Positions 18,934 to 28,143 of a stretch of 64,000 nt of DNA are shown one piece after another; position 1 is the first letter of the stretch; every line of letters begins with the position of its first letter. Both the position numbers and the translations under genes were made by a program. Location of the stretch: the IMG/VR virus record IMGVR_UViG_3300022935_000005, positions 186,001 through 250,000 of that record. One strand, 5' to 3'. The notes beneath the pieces were generated by a model. That model was given only the letters and a program-made list of their open reading frames with translations, was not told where the DNA came from and ran no database searches.

Positions 18934-19572
18934 ATGGACGTTCTAAGACAGTTTATAAGACAAATAATTCTTGAGCAAATAGAGCAACCCGCTCCTGAAG
19001 CCTCTTTACCAAAGGGTGAATGGGTTTCTGTTGAGGCAGGAGACCCTATGAGATCTGTTATCGTTGACGACCTTTATGATATGCTGCAGTCGACATACGC
19101 TCCAATTGGTGGTCACTTTAAAGTCAAGAAGCCGTCCGACCTTGAAAGGTACAGGTTCTGGGTAGTTGCAGACATCGACGAAGATCCTGAACCTGACGTC
19201 GCTTTATTTGCGAAGCCTGATATCGGTGGTACGAAGATGGGCGCCGCCGCGAATGATGGTACAGCTGCAGCAGCTAACGCTTACAAAGACAAATCTTCTG
19301 AGTTGAGAGCTGGCGGCTCTATTGGCTCTGGCTCGAACTGGTGGGGTGAAGTTAGCGGCAAGCCCGCTTATGCGATGCTTAAGCGTGGTGCGCCAGCAGT
19401 CGAGGATGAAGCTGTAGTAATGCAGTTACTTGCTGGGGATGATATTATCTTTCACGGAGCTCATCCTGACCCGAATGCTCCAGCCCTTTTTAAGAGCGTG
19501 AACGGGTGGTATACCAAGAAGTTCGGAGCAAAGTCATCTACCAAGATTATTCTTGGGTCTCCGAGTTTGTAG
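18934..19572 (+). CDS. leader-bearing hypothetical protein
   Basis: MDVLRQFIRQIILEQ. Confidence 0.6.
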   Translation: MDVLRQFIRQIILEQIEQPAPEASLPKGEWVSVEAGDPMRSVIVDDLYDMLQSTYAPIGGHFKVKKPSDLERYRFWVVADIDEDPEPDVALFAKPDIGGTKMGAAANDGTAAAANAYKDKSSELRAGGSIGSGSNWWGEVSGKPAYAMLKRGAPAVEDEAVVMQLLAGDDIIFHGAHPDPNAPALFKSVNGWYTKKFGAKSSTKIILGSPSL

Positions 19573-19684
19573 AAACGCGTTCCAGGTGACTAAAAATTAA
19601 ATTTTAGATTGTAACCGAAAACCAGTACTATTTCATGATCTAATTTACGGTTCTCCCTACTATATGTTTGTAAGGAGGTTAAGC

Positions 19685-20080
19685 ATGAAAAAAGCAGTTG
19701 TAACTATAGTCTGTGGGTTGCTCTTAGGCGGGTGTGAATTCGGAGCAGCTCCCGTTGTATACTACCCGGCTCATCATCACGAGCCCCCTGTTGTTGTGGT
19801 AGAAGAATCGACCGACGTACCACAGGTAATTGAAGAGCAAGTTACCGTAGTAGAGACGTATACATACACGAGCTGTGATCCGTATTTTGAAACCCTAGAG
19901 GCACCTTTCTATCATCAGCCTGTTACATGTACTGACTATGGGTACGAAGTTGGCTATTGTTGCACTTGGGAATACCTCAATGGTGACTATGCTGGATGCT
20001 CTCATGAATCTTGCTTTTGGGAAGATATTTGCGAATGGGAGTTCGTAATTGAAGAATGTGTTTATGACGATTACTACTAG
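19685..20080 (+). CDS. predicted lipoprotein, Cys/Tyr/Glu-rich
   Basis: MKKAVVTIVCGLLLGGC signal and lipobox-like site; AGGAGG RBS. Confidence 0.6.
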   Translation: MKKAVVTIVCGLLLGGCEFGAAPVVYYPAHHHEPPVVVVEESTDVPQVIEEQVTVVETYTYTSCDPYFETLEAPFYHQPVTCTDYGYEVGYCCTWEYLNGDYAGCSHESCFWEDICEWEFVIEECVYDDYY

Positions 20081-20100
20081 AGAAAGGAGGTAAGTAAAGT

Positions 20101-20412
20101 ATGAAATACATCGCGTTTTTGTCTGTTTTATTTTTTTCGACTGTAGGCTGCGCCGCCACGTTTCACTCACCATACTATGTTTATGATGACTGTGAGTACG
20201 AGTACGTGTATGTGCCCGCAAAAAAGATTGTGACTGTGTACGGTCCTGGCTATCACCATGGTTACAGTCACCACCACAAAAGCAGCTATAGAGTTGTGAA
20301 ACATGGACCTTCCTATCACAAGCATAAGAAGCACAAGGGTTACAAGAAATATAAGACCCATCCACACAAAAAAGTATACAAGAAGAAAGTATACAGTCAC
20401 AAGCATCACTGA
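20101..20412 (+). CDS. predicted lipoprotein with His/Lys/Tyr-rich tail
   Basis: MKYIAFLSVLFFSTVGC; tail HKHKKHKGYKKYKTHPHKK; AGGAGG RBS. Confidence 0.6.
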   Translation: MKYIAFLSVLFFSTVGCAATFHSPYYVYDDCEYEYVYVPAKKIVTVYGPGYHHGYSHHHKSSYRVVKHGPSYHKHKKHKGYKKYKTHPHKKVYKKKVYSHKHH

Positions 20413-20456
20413 TACAGTTTAACCTGTAATCCTCCACCTGGTCCGCATATTTATTA

Positions 20457-21305
20457 TTGTTGTTTGATCTTAAGGATTGTCTTGTGAACGAATCTACAAT
20501 AAGAACCTACGTACGTGAGTGTCTTCTAGAGTCCAAAGAGAAAGTACGCGGTTATGTGAAACCAGACTCTAGTTTCTTTACTCTTGACGAGTGGCAGCTG
20601 GCTGTTGAGATGCTCCTAGAACTCCAGAAAGAAGGTGTCGATACCAGAGGTGGACAGTATACAGACCCAAGACTCATAGCGATCGTAGAGAGATATTTCG
20701 GATACCAACTAAACGATGAGGTCGAGAGATGGGACCTTCTAACAAAGAAGAACGTCCTTGATTTTGTGGAGGACTTTGTCAATCACCGCTTTTGGGGGTT
20801 GAGGAAAGAGTTTGGTCACTACTTTAAGGACATAAATCGCTTGCGATTTGCGTATTTCTACTCTCGAGGAGATCTAGAGCCATATGTCCTGATGGATGAT
20901 GAGTTCACTACTCAATTGTACGGTTCCACCAACAACCCAAAAGAACTTCTCCACTACACAACAATCAGAGGTGTTGAGAGGATTCAAAAAGCCATTGATT
21001 CTGGTTCTGCGTTTGATATATCAACGTTTACAGTCGCAGAGAGACCGTTTTTTCGTCCCGATTCGAATATCATCATAAAGCTTTTGGGAAATGTTCGGGC
21101 TGGCTTCAGAAGCGACATAAAATCTATGGCTGTTGATACCGGCCGCCGTGCTTGTAATCTTTATCGTCTAGAGTACCCTGGCGAAGACTTCAATAACATC
21201 TGTTACGAGTTAGAAACCTGTGACGGTGAGCTAAGGACGTCTTTGTGGAATGAATATATTGCTACTCCAATCGAGATATTGGAAGTTTTGAAGGTGAAAG
21301 TATGA
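20457..21305 (+). CDS. leader-bearing protein with possible ART-like C-domain
   Basis: NESTIRTYVRECLLE; ELLHYTTIRG..ISTFT..WNEYI (H-S-E-like pattern). Confidence 0.45.
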   Translation: MLFDLKDCLVNESTIRTYVRECLLESKEKVRGYVKPDSSFFTLDEWQLAVEMLLELQKEGVDTRGGQYTDPRLIAIVERYFGYQLNDEVERWDLLTKKNVLDFVEDFVNHRFWGLRKEFGHYFKDINRLRFAYFYSRGDLEPYVLMDDEFTTQLYGSTNNPKELLHYTTIRGVERIQKAIDSGSAFDISTFTVAERPFFRPDSNIIIKLLGNVRAGFRSDIKSMAVDTGRRACNLYRLEYPGEDFNNICYELETCDGELRTSLWNEYIATPIEILEVLKVKV

Positions 21306-22168
21306 ACGAATGTATGGTGCTATGCGGAAACACGCCCTTGGTTAAAATAGCTGATCATTTGTACGCAAAGCTAGAGACATACAACCCTTCTGGATCTGTC
21401 AAGGACAGGATGATAACCTACGTTGTGGGTTCTGCCTTGAAAAGAGGCGAGATTAATGACAAGACTGTGCTTTGCGATGCGACTAGTGGAAACACAGGCA
21501 TAGCTTTAAGCATGGTAGCTGCTTCTTTAGGCCTCCGCTGCGTGATATTTATGCCTCGTAACATGTCTGAAGAAAGAAAGCAGATGATGCGTGTTTACGG
21601 AGCTGAAATAATTGACGCTCCAGATGATGACTTCACTGGAGCGATAGAGATGCGCGATGAGTTTATAGCTCGTAATGATAATGTGTGGTCGCCGAAGCAA
21701 TTTAGTAATAAAGAGAACGTTCAATGTCATTTTACTACAACAGGACCAGAGATCTACAACGACGTATCATCTCGGGGCCTAAAGCTATCCGCCTTCATCC
21801 ACGGTTCAGGTACAGGCGGTACTATAGAGGGTGTCCGTAGGTTTCTAAAGGACTCCTCTGTAGATGCCAAGGTAATCATGGTCCAGCCTGAAGAGTCGCC
21901 TCATGGGATTCAAGGGATTGCTGATGGGAAAGAATTTCTAGCATTAGACAATGATATGGACGAGATCATAAAGGTTCGTACTGCTGATGCAATAGAGAGA
22001 GCGGAAAGATTAGCGAAAGAATCAGGACTTTTGGTCGGTATCAGTGCTGGTGCTAATATTGTTGCTAGCGAAGCCTGGATAGAAAAAAACAACCCAGAAG
22101 GTGTTGTTGTTACTATGCTCTGTGACCGAGGCGAACGCTATATGTCGATTTATGGAGAGCACGAGTGA
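21302..22168 (+). CDS. cysK: cysteine synthase family PLP enzyme
   Basis: GNTPLV, KLETYNPSGSVKDR, ATSGNTGIAL, GSGTGGT, GISAGAN, CDRGERY. Confidence 0.9.
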   Translation: MNECMVLCGNTPLVKIADHLYAKLETYNPSGSVKDRMITYVVGSALKRGEINDKTVLCDATSGNTGIALSMVAASLGLRCVIFMPRNMSEERKQMMRVYGAEIIDAPDDDFTGAIEMRDEFIARNDNVWSPKQFSNKENVQCHFTTTGPEIYNDVSSRGLKLSAFIHGSGTGGTIEGVRRFLKDSSVDAKVIMVQPEESPHGIQGIADGKEFLALDNDMDEIIKVRTADAIERAERLAKESGLLVGISAGANIVASEAWIEKNNPEGVVVTMLCDRGERYMSIYGEHE

Positions 22169-23235
22169 ACGTTTCGATAAAAGGCGTCCCGCTTGTAGTC
22201 CATGCAGCGGATGATGACGCTTCTAGAGCAAAAGGCCTTATGTACGCCGCAGATCTAGAAGAAAATTCTGGAATGCTGTTCAGGTGGCCCACATCTGAGC
22301 CTCGATCATTCTGGATGAAAGATACAGGGATCCCGCTTGATATTGCATTCATATCTGACACCGGCGAAATTATGAGCATACAAGAAATGGAACCCTTTAG
22401 TTTAAAGTCTGTCGTTTCGCCAGGTCCTGCTTCCTGTGCTCTAGAAGTTAACCGAGGATGGTTCAAAAAAAATGGGCTTCAAGCCGGCGATTTTGTAAAT
22501 GGAGTATTCAACGACATGCCTAAGCTTAGTGAAGCAGTTGACTTACAAGAGCAGTCAGAATATAGACTTTCAGACGCCGACTTCTATTATAACGATGTCA
22601 TAGATGATGTGATTAACGATGTCATGAGCCTCTTACCTGATGAAATGGGTGACGAGGAGATTGAAGTAGATGAAGTCTTCGACTATAGTTGGCCGTACCC
22701 TATAGATTCTGATGCATGGGCTGAGAATTACGATGATGATTCTACACCTTTTTTCGAAGTAAACGTAGAGATCGTGCCAGTAGACTTTGAAGAGTCGCAT
22801 CCGGGTTGGAACGTCGACGCTCATGCTGGCTGGGGTGGGGAAAGTGGTAGTGTGGAGATTACGATCAGTTTAAGACCCGGGTTCCAGGTTACAACTAAAG
22901 AGATAATGACCCTTGAGCGTGAGCTAGCCAATGTTGTCGCACATGAGGTACACCACCTGACCCAAGAAGGCGGCCCCTTTGAGAGACCGAGTTGTGCTAG
23001 GCTCCCGCCAGCCGAAGGCGATTCTTACTACGATTATTTCACTAGCGCTTGCGAGGTACCAGCGTTCCTAATCGGTTTCCGAGCTGAGGCTTCCAGAACT
23101 GGTCGCAGCGTTGATGATTTAATCAGAGGTTATTTAGAAAATCAAGTTGGCGCGAAGCTTATTGATTTATCACAAGCGGATGATATAGCCAGCAGGTGGC
23201 TAAGTCACAGTAAGTGGAATAGAGAGGAAGAGTAA
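22165..23235 (+). CDS. DUF192-like domain fused to HExxH metallopeptidase-like domain
   Basis: RAKGLM..GMLF..FWMKDTGIPLDIAFI..ALEVNRG; then AHEVHHLTQ..YFTSACEVPA. Confidence 0.7.
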   Translation: MNVSIKGVPLVVHAADDDASRAKGLMYAADLEENSGMLFRWPTSEPRSFWMKDTGIPLDIAFISDTGEIMSIQEMEPFSLKSVVSPGPASCALEVNRGWFKKNGLQAGDFVNGVFNDMPKLSEAVDLQEQSEYRLSDADFYYNDVIDDVINDVMSLLPDEMGDEEIEVDEVFDYSWPYPIDSDAWAENYDDDSTPFFEVNVEIVPVDFEESHPGWNVDAHAGWGGESGSVEITISLRPGFQVTTKEIMTLERELANVVAHEVHHLTQEGGPFERPSCARLPPAEGDSYYDYFTSACEVPAFLIGFRAEASRTGRSVDDLIRGYLENQVGAKLIDLSQADDIASRWLSHSKWNREEE

Positions 23236-23237
23236 GT

Positions 23238-23603
23238 ATGTTTCCAATTTTTATAGAGAATTCCAGACTCCCAGTGTGGTTGTCCAAGATCGCACCCATC
23301 GATGTCTATGCATTTTCTTTTGCATTCCTTGTTGTCTGTCGTGGTGTGATGAGCGAGAAGACAAAGAATCATGAGACGATACATTACCGCCAACAGCTAG
23401 AGATGCTTTTTGTGTTTCAATGGCTGATGTACGGGCTGTTTCATATCATAGGGTTGTTTAGATACAGGGACGGTAAGACCGCGTATTACGAGAACCCGTT
23501 TGAACGTGAAGCATATGACAATGATCAAAATCTCGATTACCTAAAGACGCGTAAACACTACGCCTGGGTGCCTTATATTTGGAAAAGAGCCGAACAGGAG
23601 TAG
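23238..23603 (+). CDS. small HExxH metallopeptidase-like membrane protein
   Basis: NHETIHYRQ..NPFEREAY. Confidence 0.55.
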   Translation: MFPIFIENSRLPVWLSKIAPIDVYAFSFAFLVVCRGVMSEKTKNHETIHYRQQLEMLFVFQWLMYGLFHIIGLFRYRDGKTAYYENPFEREAYDNDQNLDYLKTRKHYAWVPYIWKRAEQE

Positions 23604-24283
23604 ATATGAACAAGTTTAGAGTTGGGATGCCAGTGTACCACTTTATGCAGATGAATAGAGTAGGGACGATCGTTGCTATTGAAGATGTGCCGCTTCAACA
23701 CATGCACTATTCGACAGAGGGTACACCTTCCGTAGCTCGAAAAGCCAGAGTCAGATACCCTGACGGCACAGAAGTGCTTCATAGTTTTTCTGACTTGATG
23801 AGAGCAGACCTAGATTAAATTTGTAAACTGATATCCCCAAACATAAAATAGCATATGAGCATTAGACAAGCAGCTTACCGCAAGATGTCTAAAGTAGCCA
23901 TTAAGCTGCTGGTTTTATATTGCGGTGTCTGTGTTGTCATAGGTGACGCTTTATCAAGGGAGTCAGATGCTAATTAAAGAGTGTCAGCCCGGAGACTTTG
24001 TTGAAGCTCTTGGGTGGGATGTTGCAGTCAGTCGTAAGACAAAATCAGATATCCCTGTAGGCTGGCTGATTCCCCATGAGATGAATCACAAGAAAGCTCG
24101 AGAGCGTGGGTTCAAATCTACGTTGTTTTATGTCGGTCCAGTTTCGATCCACATTGACGACGTCAAGAGAAAGATGCATCACTTCTTAACATCGGATGGA
24201 GAGTCTGTTTGTTTAGAGGGTAATGAATTTAGACTACTTTCTCTCTGTACAAATTAGCTCGCTTTTATACTATATCATCATGA

Positions 24284-24361
24284 GGGGCTATAGCTCAATC
24301 AGGTCAGAGCAACCGGCTCATAACCGGCAGGTTGTAGGTTCAAATCCTACTAGCCCTACCA
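24284..24361 (+). tRNA. tRNA with CAT anticodon, probably Ile2 (copy 1)
   Basis: GGGGCTA/TAGCCCT acceptor, CCGG-CTCATAA-CCGG anticodon arm, GGTTCAAATCC, CCA end; adjacent to tilS. Confidence 0.92.
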
Positions 24362-24386
24362 AATGTTTAATCGGAGAAATGAATCA

Positions 24387-25040
24387 ATGATCCGACTTTC
24401 TTTTAAGCTTCCTTCTGAGATTGCAGTTGCCGTTTCTGGAGGGGCTGATTCTATGGCAGCCCTTGACTTTTTGCGACAGAATAGAAGGGTCAAGGTCCTC
24501 CACTTTAATCACGGCACCCACGGCGCCTCCGCCGCCGAGAGGGTAGTAACGAAGTATTGTGATCTACACAATCTAGAATTGGTGGTAGGCCATCTTGATG
24601 AATCCCCTGATTCGGGACAGTCACTTGAAGATTTCTGGCGTCAAGCTCGTTATTCTTTTTTTAGTGACAGTTGCGGTGGTCTTCCTGTAGTCACATGTCA
24701 TCACCTTGACGATGTGGCTGAGACATGGCTGTTCACCTCTTTGAATGGAAACCCTAAGCTTATTCCTTCTAAGAGAGACAATTACTTGAGACCCTTTCTG
24801 CAAACCCGGAAAGCCGTCTTTGAAGATTGGTGTGACAGGAAAGACGTGGTGTATCACTACGATGAGAGTAACAACGACACGAGGTTTAATAGAAACTTCA
24901 TCCGACATGAGATCATGCCTCGCGCGCTAAGGGTGAATCCGGGACTACATAAAGTTCTCCGTAAGAAGATCCAGCAAGATGTTGACGCTCATAGTTCTAT
25001 CCACCAAGAAATGCGGATGATGTGGGCAAGCCTCACATAG
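24387..25040 (+). CDS. tilS: tRNA(Ile)-lysidine synthetase, catalytic domain only
   Basis: AVSGGADSM PP-loop, HFNHG, RQARY, HHLDDVAETWL, LRPFL, DESN..RNFIRH. Confidence 0.88.
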   Translation: MIRLSFKLPSEIAVAVSGGADSMAALDFLRQNRRVKVLHFNHGTHGASAAERVVTKYCDLHNLELVVGHLDESPDSGQSLEDFWRQARYSFFSDSCGGLPVVTCHHLDDVAETWLFTSLNGNPKLIPSKRDNYLRPFLQTRKAVFEDWCDRKDVVYHYDESNNDTRFNRNFIRHEIMPRALRVNPGLHKVLRKKIQQDVDAHSSIHQEMRMMWASLT

Positions 25041-25318
25041 TAACAGAGTTTAAGAATGCTTAGTATTAAGACGGGTGATATTGTCAAGTTTAAACCAAAG
25101 TACTATGGCCCTAACCAACCTGACCAGTGGGTAGGTGTCACAGGTATAGTACTTGAGGTGATTGATGCCGACGGCTCGAACACTGGATTAGAAGTGCTAG
25201 TTCAGCATCCTGATGAGCCAGCACCGATACCTGTTTTTGCTTTTGTTTCTGACGTAGAAAAGGTCAACTGTGAAGTCTGTGATTGTTATCCTTGTGATTG
25301 CCACCCTTGGGACTAAAG

Positions 25319-25867
25319 ATGATTACGTATGATTTCCCTCCTTCTACTCGTTCAATGACACGTAGAGAGAGGTATGCTGAAAAGCAGAAGACAGCAGAGT
25401 ATCTACCAGTCATTATCGGCTGTGTTAATTTCGAGCATGATGGAAACCTTGCTTTCGTGATGCGTGCCGCTGCATGTTTTGGCGTGAAAGAGGTCCATGT
25501 TGTCGGATCTGTGCCCCACCGCGCAGAGCTAAAGAAGCTTTCTGGATCAATGTGCGATCTCGTAGAGATTGTTCAGCATAAGAGTCCTCGTTCATTTATC
25601 GAGTGGTGTACAGATAACCACGTGAAGATCGTAGCTGCTGAGCTTTGCGAAAAGTCTGAAAAGCTTCGTGATTATAATTTCATGTTTGAGGGTCTTACAT
25701 GCATCTTTACCGGACATGAAACATCTGGAGTCCCTGGAGAGATTATTCATGTTGCCGACTGCGTAGAGATCGATATGAGAGGCCCAGGCTTTTGCTTGAA
25801 CACCGCTCAGACGGCGAATATCATGTTGTATGAAGCATCAAAGCAGTACATCGGAGGTGCAGCTTGA
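25319..25867 (+). CDS. SpoU/TrmH-family RNA methyltransferase
   Basis: GNLAFVMRAAACFG, FTGHETSGVP, IDMRGPGFCLNTA. Confidence 0.85.
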   Translation: MITYDFPPSTRSMTRRERYAEKQKTAEYLPVIIGCVNFEHDGNLAFVMRAAACFGVKEVHVVGSVPHRAELKKLSGSMCDLVEIVQHKSPRSFIEWCTDNHVKIVAAELCEKSEKLRDYNFMFEGLTCIFTGHETSGVPGEIIHVADCVEIDMRGPGFCLNTAQTANIMLYEASKQYIGGAA

Positions 25868-26776
25868 AAGTAAAAGATCTTATCAAAATGTTAGAGCTCC
25901 AAGACCCTGAAGAGCGAGTCGTGATGAAGAACCTGCAGGCAGACCCTCGTGAGCGACCTCATGTATATGAACAGTTCAGAGTATATGAGCGTGACGGAGA
26001 CGTCGTGGTCGACGCTTACAGGAAGGTCTATAAGTGATTCGTAGCTGCGAATTCATAGAAGCGCACAATGTCGATGCGCTCGGAAATAAGATCAAGTCAA
26101 TATGGGTCCCTCGCCCGACAAGCTGGCTGGGAGGCTGGGCTCGACATCAGTGGCTTAAGAAACACTTCGGTCAAGAGTGCTCGATTGCGAGCCCTGAGTG
26201 GTGGAAAGTTTTGACAGACCGACACGGTCCACCAAAGGTACTTATCGAAGAAGACGGAGTTTACAGAGTGGAGAGCAAAGAATGAAGTGGGAAGTTAGAC
26301 CCCTCGAGCCCGACGGCTGGGGAATTTTTTTGATGCAGAAATTTTGCAAGACCGATGAACCTGTCTGTTATGCGAGGTCAGCCTCGAAAGAAGCAGCCGA
26401 GCGTATGGTCAAGCGGATGAACGAAGGATGAGGTGCCACAAGTGTGACGAGGGTGTCCTGCAGATAACAGCACTAACCCCGCCAGACGAAGGGTGGGCTA
26501 TTGGCTGTAATCGGTGTGATTATTCCAGTTGGATCCCAACAGCAGACCAAATGGTAACAGCACAGCCTATGATTGCGCCAACAAAGATCAAGTGGAAAAT
26601 CAAATGGATTCCTCAAAGGGAAAGCTCTTATCAAGGGCTATCTGAGCATCCACTAGATTGCCCTTGGCATAAAGATTGGCACGCTTGTAATTGTGGTTTA
26701 TATAATACAAAGGAAGACGAAGAATGAAAGTCGTCACCTAAGTCTAAACAAGAAGTCATAAATAATCTTCTAAAGC

Positions 26777-26805
26777 GTGTAAACGAACGGCCACTGTGAT
26801 ATAAT
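26777..26805 (+). promoter_or_regulatory. sigma70-like promoter of tRNA-Arg unit
   Basis: GTGTAA-17 nt-TATAAT. Confidence 0.7.
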
Positions 26806-26884
26806 CTAAATGTTGGTGGGGATGGAAACTAACCACCGCGACCTTTGAAAACTTAATAGCGAAAAGCATTTAGTTATTGTGAAT

Positions 26885-27166
26885 GCGCTCATAGCTCAGC
26901 TGGATAGAGCAACGGCCTTTAAGCAATAGGAGCCTCATATTGGAAACAGTATGTTGCGTACACTCTCAAATTCGGGGAAACCTTTAAAATGGCAATCCCG
27001 AGCCAAGCCTCGAAAGAGGAAGGTGTAGAGACTAAACGGGAGTGGCCTAAGTCCCAATGGGATATGGTTGAGAGATAGTCCAGACCACAAACACTTCGGT
27101 GGTAGCGAAAGCTATAGTGGTAAGCTAAGCCGTGGGTCCCAGGTTCGAGTCCTGGTGAGCGCGCCA
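26885..27166 (+). tRNA. tRNA-Arg(UCU) interrupted by a group I intron
   Basis: Exon 1 26885-26919 ends ACGGC-CTT; exon 2 27125-27166 begins CTAA-GCCGT and ends CCA; spliced loop CT-TCT-AA. Confidence 0.9.
26920..27124 (+). mobile_element. group I intron (205 nt, IC3-like, no ORF) in tRNA-Arg
   Basis: Core CAAATTCGGGGAAACC / GGCAATCCCGAGCCAAG / GTAGAGACTA / GATAGTCC; upstream exon U, terminal G; guide UAGGAG pairs with ligated CUU|CUA. Confidence 0.9.
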
Positions 27167-27316
27167 TTTATGTGGGGGACACAGACCAGAGAGAAACAGG
27201 TGATGCTGGCTCGTGGTTGCGTAAGCGTGGTCGAAGTACTGACCTTACAGGCTGTGTCTAGATGAGGAAGCTGGGAACCTCATCACTTTTTCTTCAAAAA
27301 ATATATCGCTGAAGTC

Positions 27317-27345
27317 TTGTAAACACAGGTCCTTGGAGATATAAT
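27317..27345 (+). promoter_or_regulatory. sigma70-like promoter of tRNA operon
   Basis: TTGTAA-17 nt-TATAAT. Confidence 0.7.
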
Positions 27346-27389
27346 CTAAAAGTAAAAGTTGGTGGAAATACCACACAACTTCAAAATAC

Positions 27390-27467
27390 GGGGCTATAGC
27401 TCAATCAGGTCAGAGCGTCCGGCTCATAACCGGCAGGTTGTAGGTTCAAATCCTACTAGCCCTACCA
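27390..27467 (+). tRNA. tRNA with CAT anticodon, probably Ile2 (copy 2)
   Basis: Identical to 24284-24361 except two bases (GAGC-GT-CCGG vs GAGC-AA-CCGG). Confidence 0.92.
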
Positions 27468-27472
27468 ATTTT

Positions 27473-27796
27473 GGCTGAATGGTGGAATCGGTATACACAG
27501 GAGACTTCGCGGGATCAAGGTAAAAACTTGATCAAATATTGAGCACCTTGGGAGAAATCCCATGAGTGAATCTGGTCAAATTCGGGGAAACCTTAACAGA
27601 TAAAGCTGATGGCAATCCCGAGCCAAGCCCGAAAGGGAAGGTGTAGAGACTTGACGGCCAGCCCTTAACAGGTAATGCTGAAGGTGAAGAGAAAGTCCAG
27701 ACCACAAACAACTTCGGTTGGCAGTGAAAACTGTAGAGGGTAAGAAAATCTCCCGGTCACATGACCTTGCGGGTTCGAGTCCCGCTTCAGCTACCA
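27473..27796 (+). tRNA. tRNA-Leu(UAA) interrupted by a group I intron
   Basis: Exon 1 27473-27507 ends GGAGA-CTT; exon 2 27745-27796 begins AAAA-TCTCC, long variable arm, CCA. Confidence 0.92.
27508..27744 (+). mobile_element. group I intron (237 nt) in tRNA-Leu(UAA)
   Basis: Same core motifs; guide TTGAG; terminal G; extra GATCAAG/CTTGATC hairpin near the 5' end. Confidence 0.9.
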
Positions 27797-27952
27797 ATCA
27801 TCGATATATTTATCAACAACAAAATCGTCATTGGGTGTTTCGGTGACGTTGCAACGCCGCTGGCGCCATAGTACATTATACCTAGTACATGTGAACCCAG
27901 GAGAAACACCCTCCTGGTAGTAACATCATTCCGACATATTCATAACACATAT

Positions 27953-28027
27953 TGGGGAGTAACTCAGTGGTAGAGTGCGCGGCTGTTAACCGCTCGGTCG
28001 TGGGTTCGAATCCCACCTTCCCAGCCA
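27953..28027 (+). tRNA. tRNA-Asn(GUU)
   Basis: GCGG-CTGTTAA-CCGC, GGTTCGAATCC, CCA. Confidence 0.93.
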
Positions 28028-28033
28028 TCTTTC

Positions 28034-28108
28034 GCTCCCATAGTTTAACGGTAAGAATTCGGCGTTTTCACCGCTGCGGTAGGGGTTCGATTCCCCTTGG
28101 GAGTACCA
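28034..28108 (+). tRNA. tRNA-Glu(UUC)
   Basis: CGGCG-TTTTCAC-CGCTG, GGTTCGATTCC, CCA. Confidence 0.9.
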
Positions 28109-28143
28109 AAACTTTTCGCTATTTCAAATATTGATATAATTTA

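Noticed and set aside
27820-27920. 6S RNA call for the spacer (ACATTATACCT..TGAACC resemblance)
   Set aside because: Too short, and I could not build the long rod with a central bubble; kept only as an unnamed candidate.
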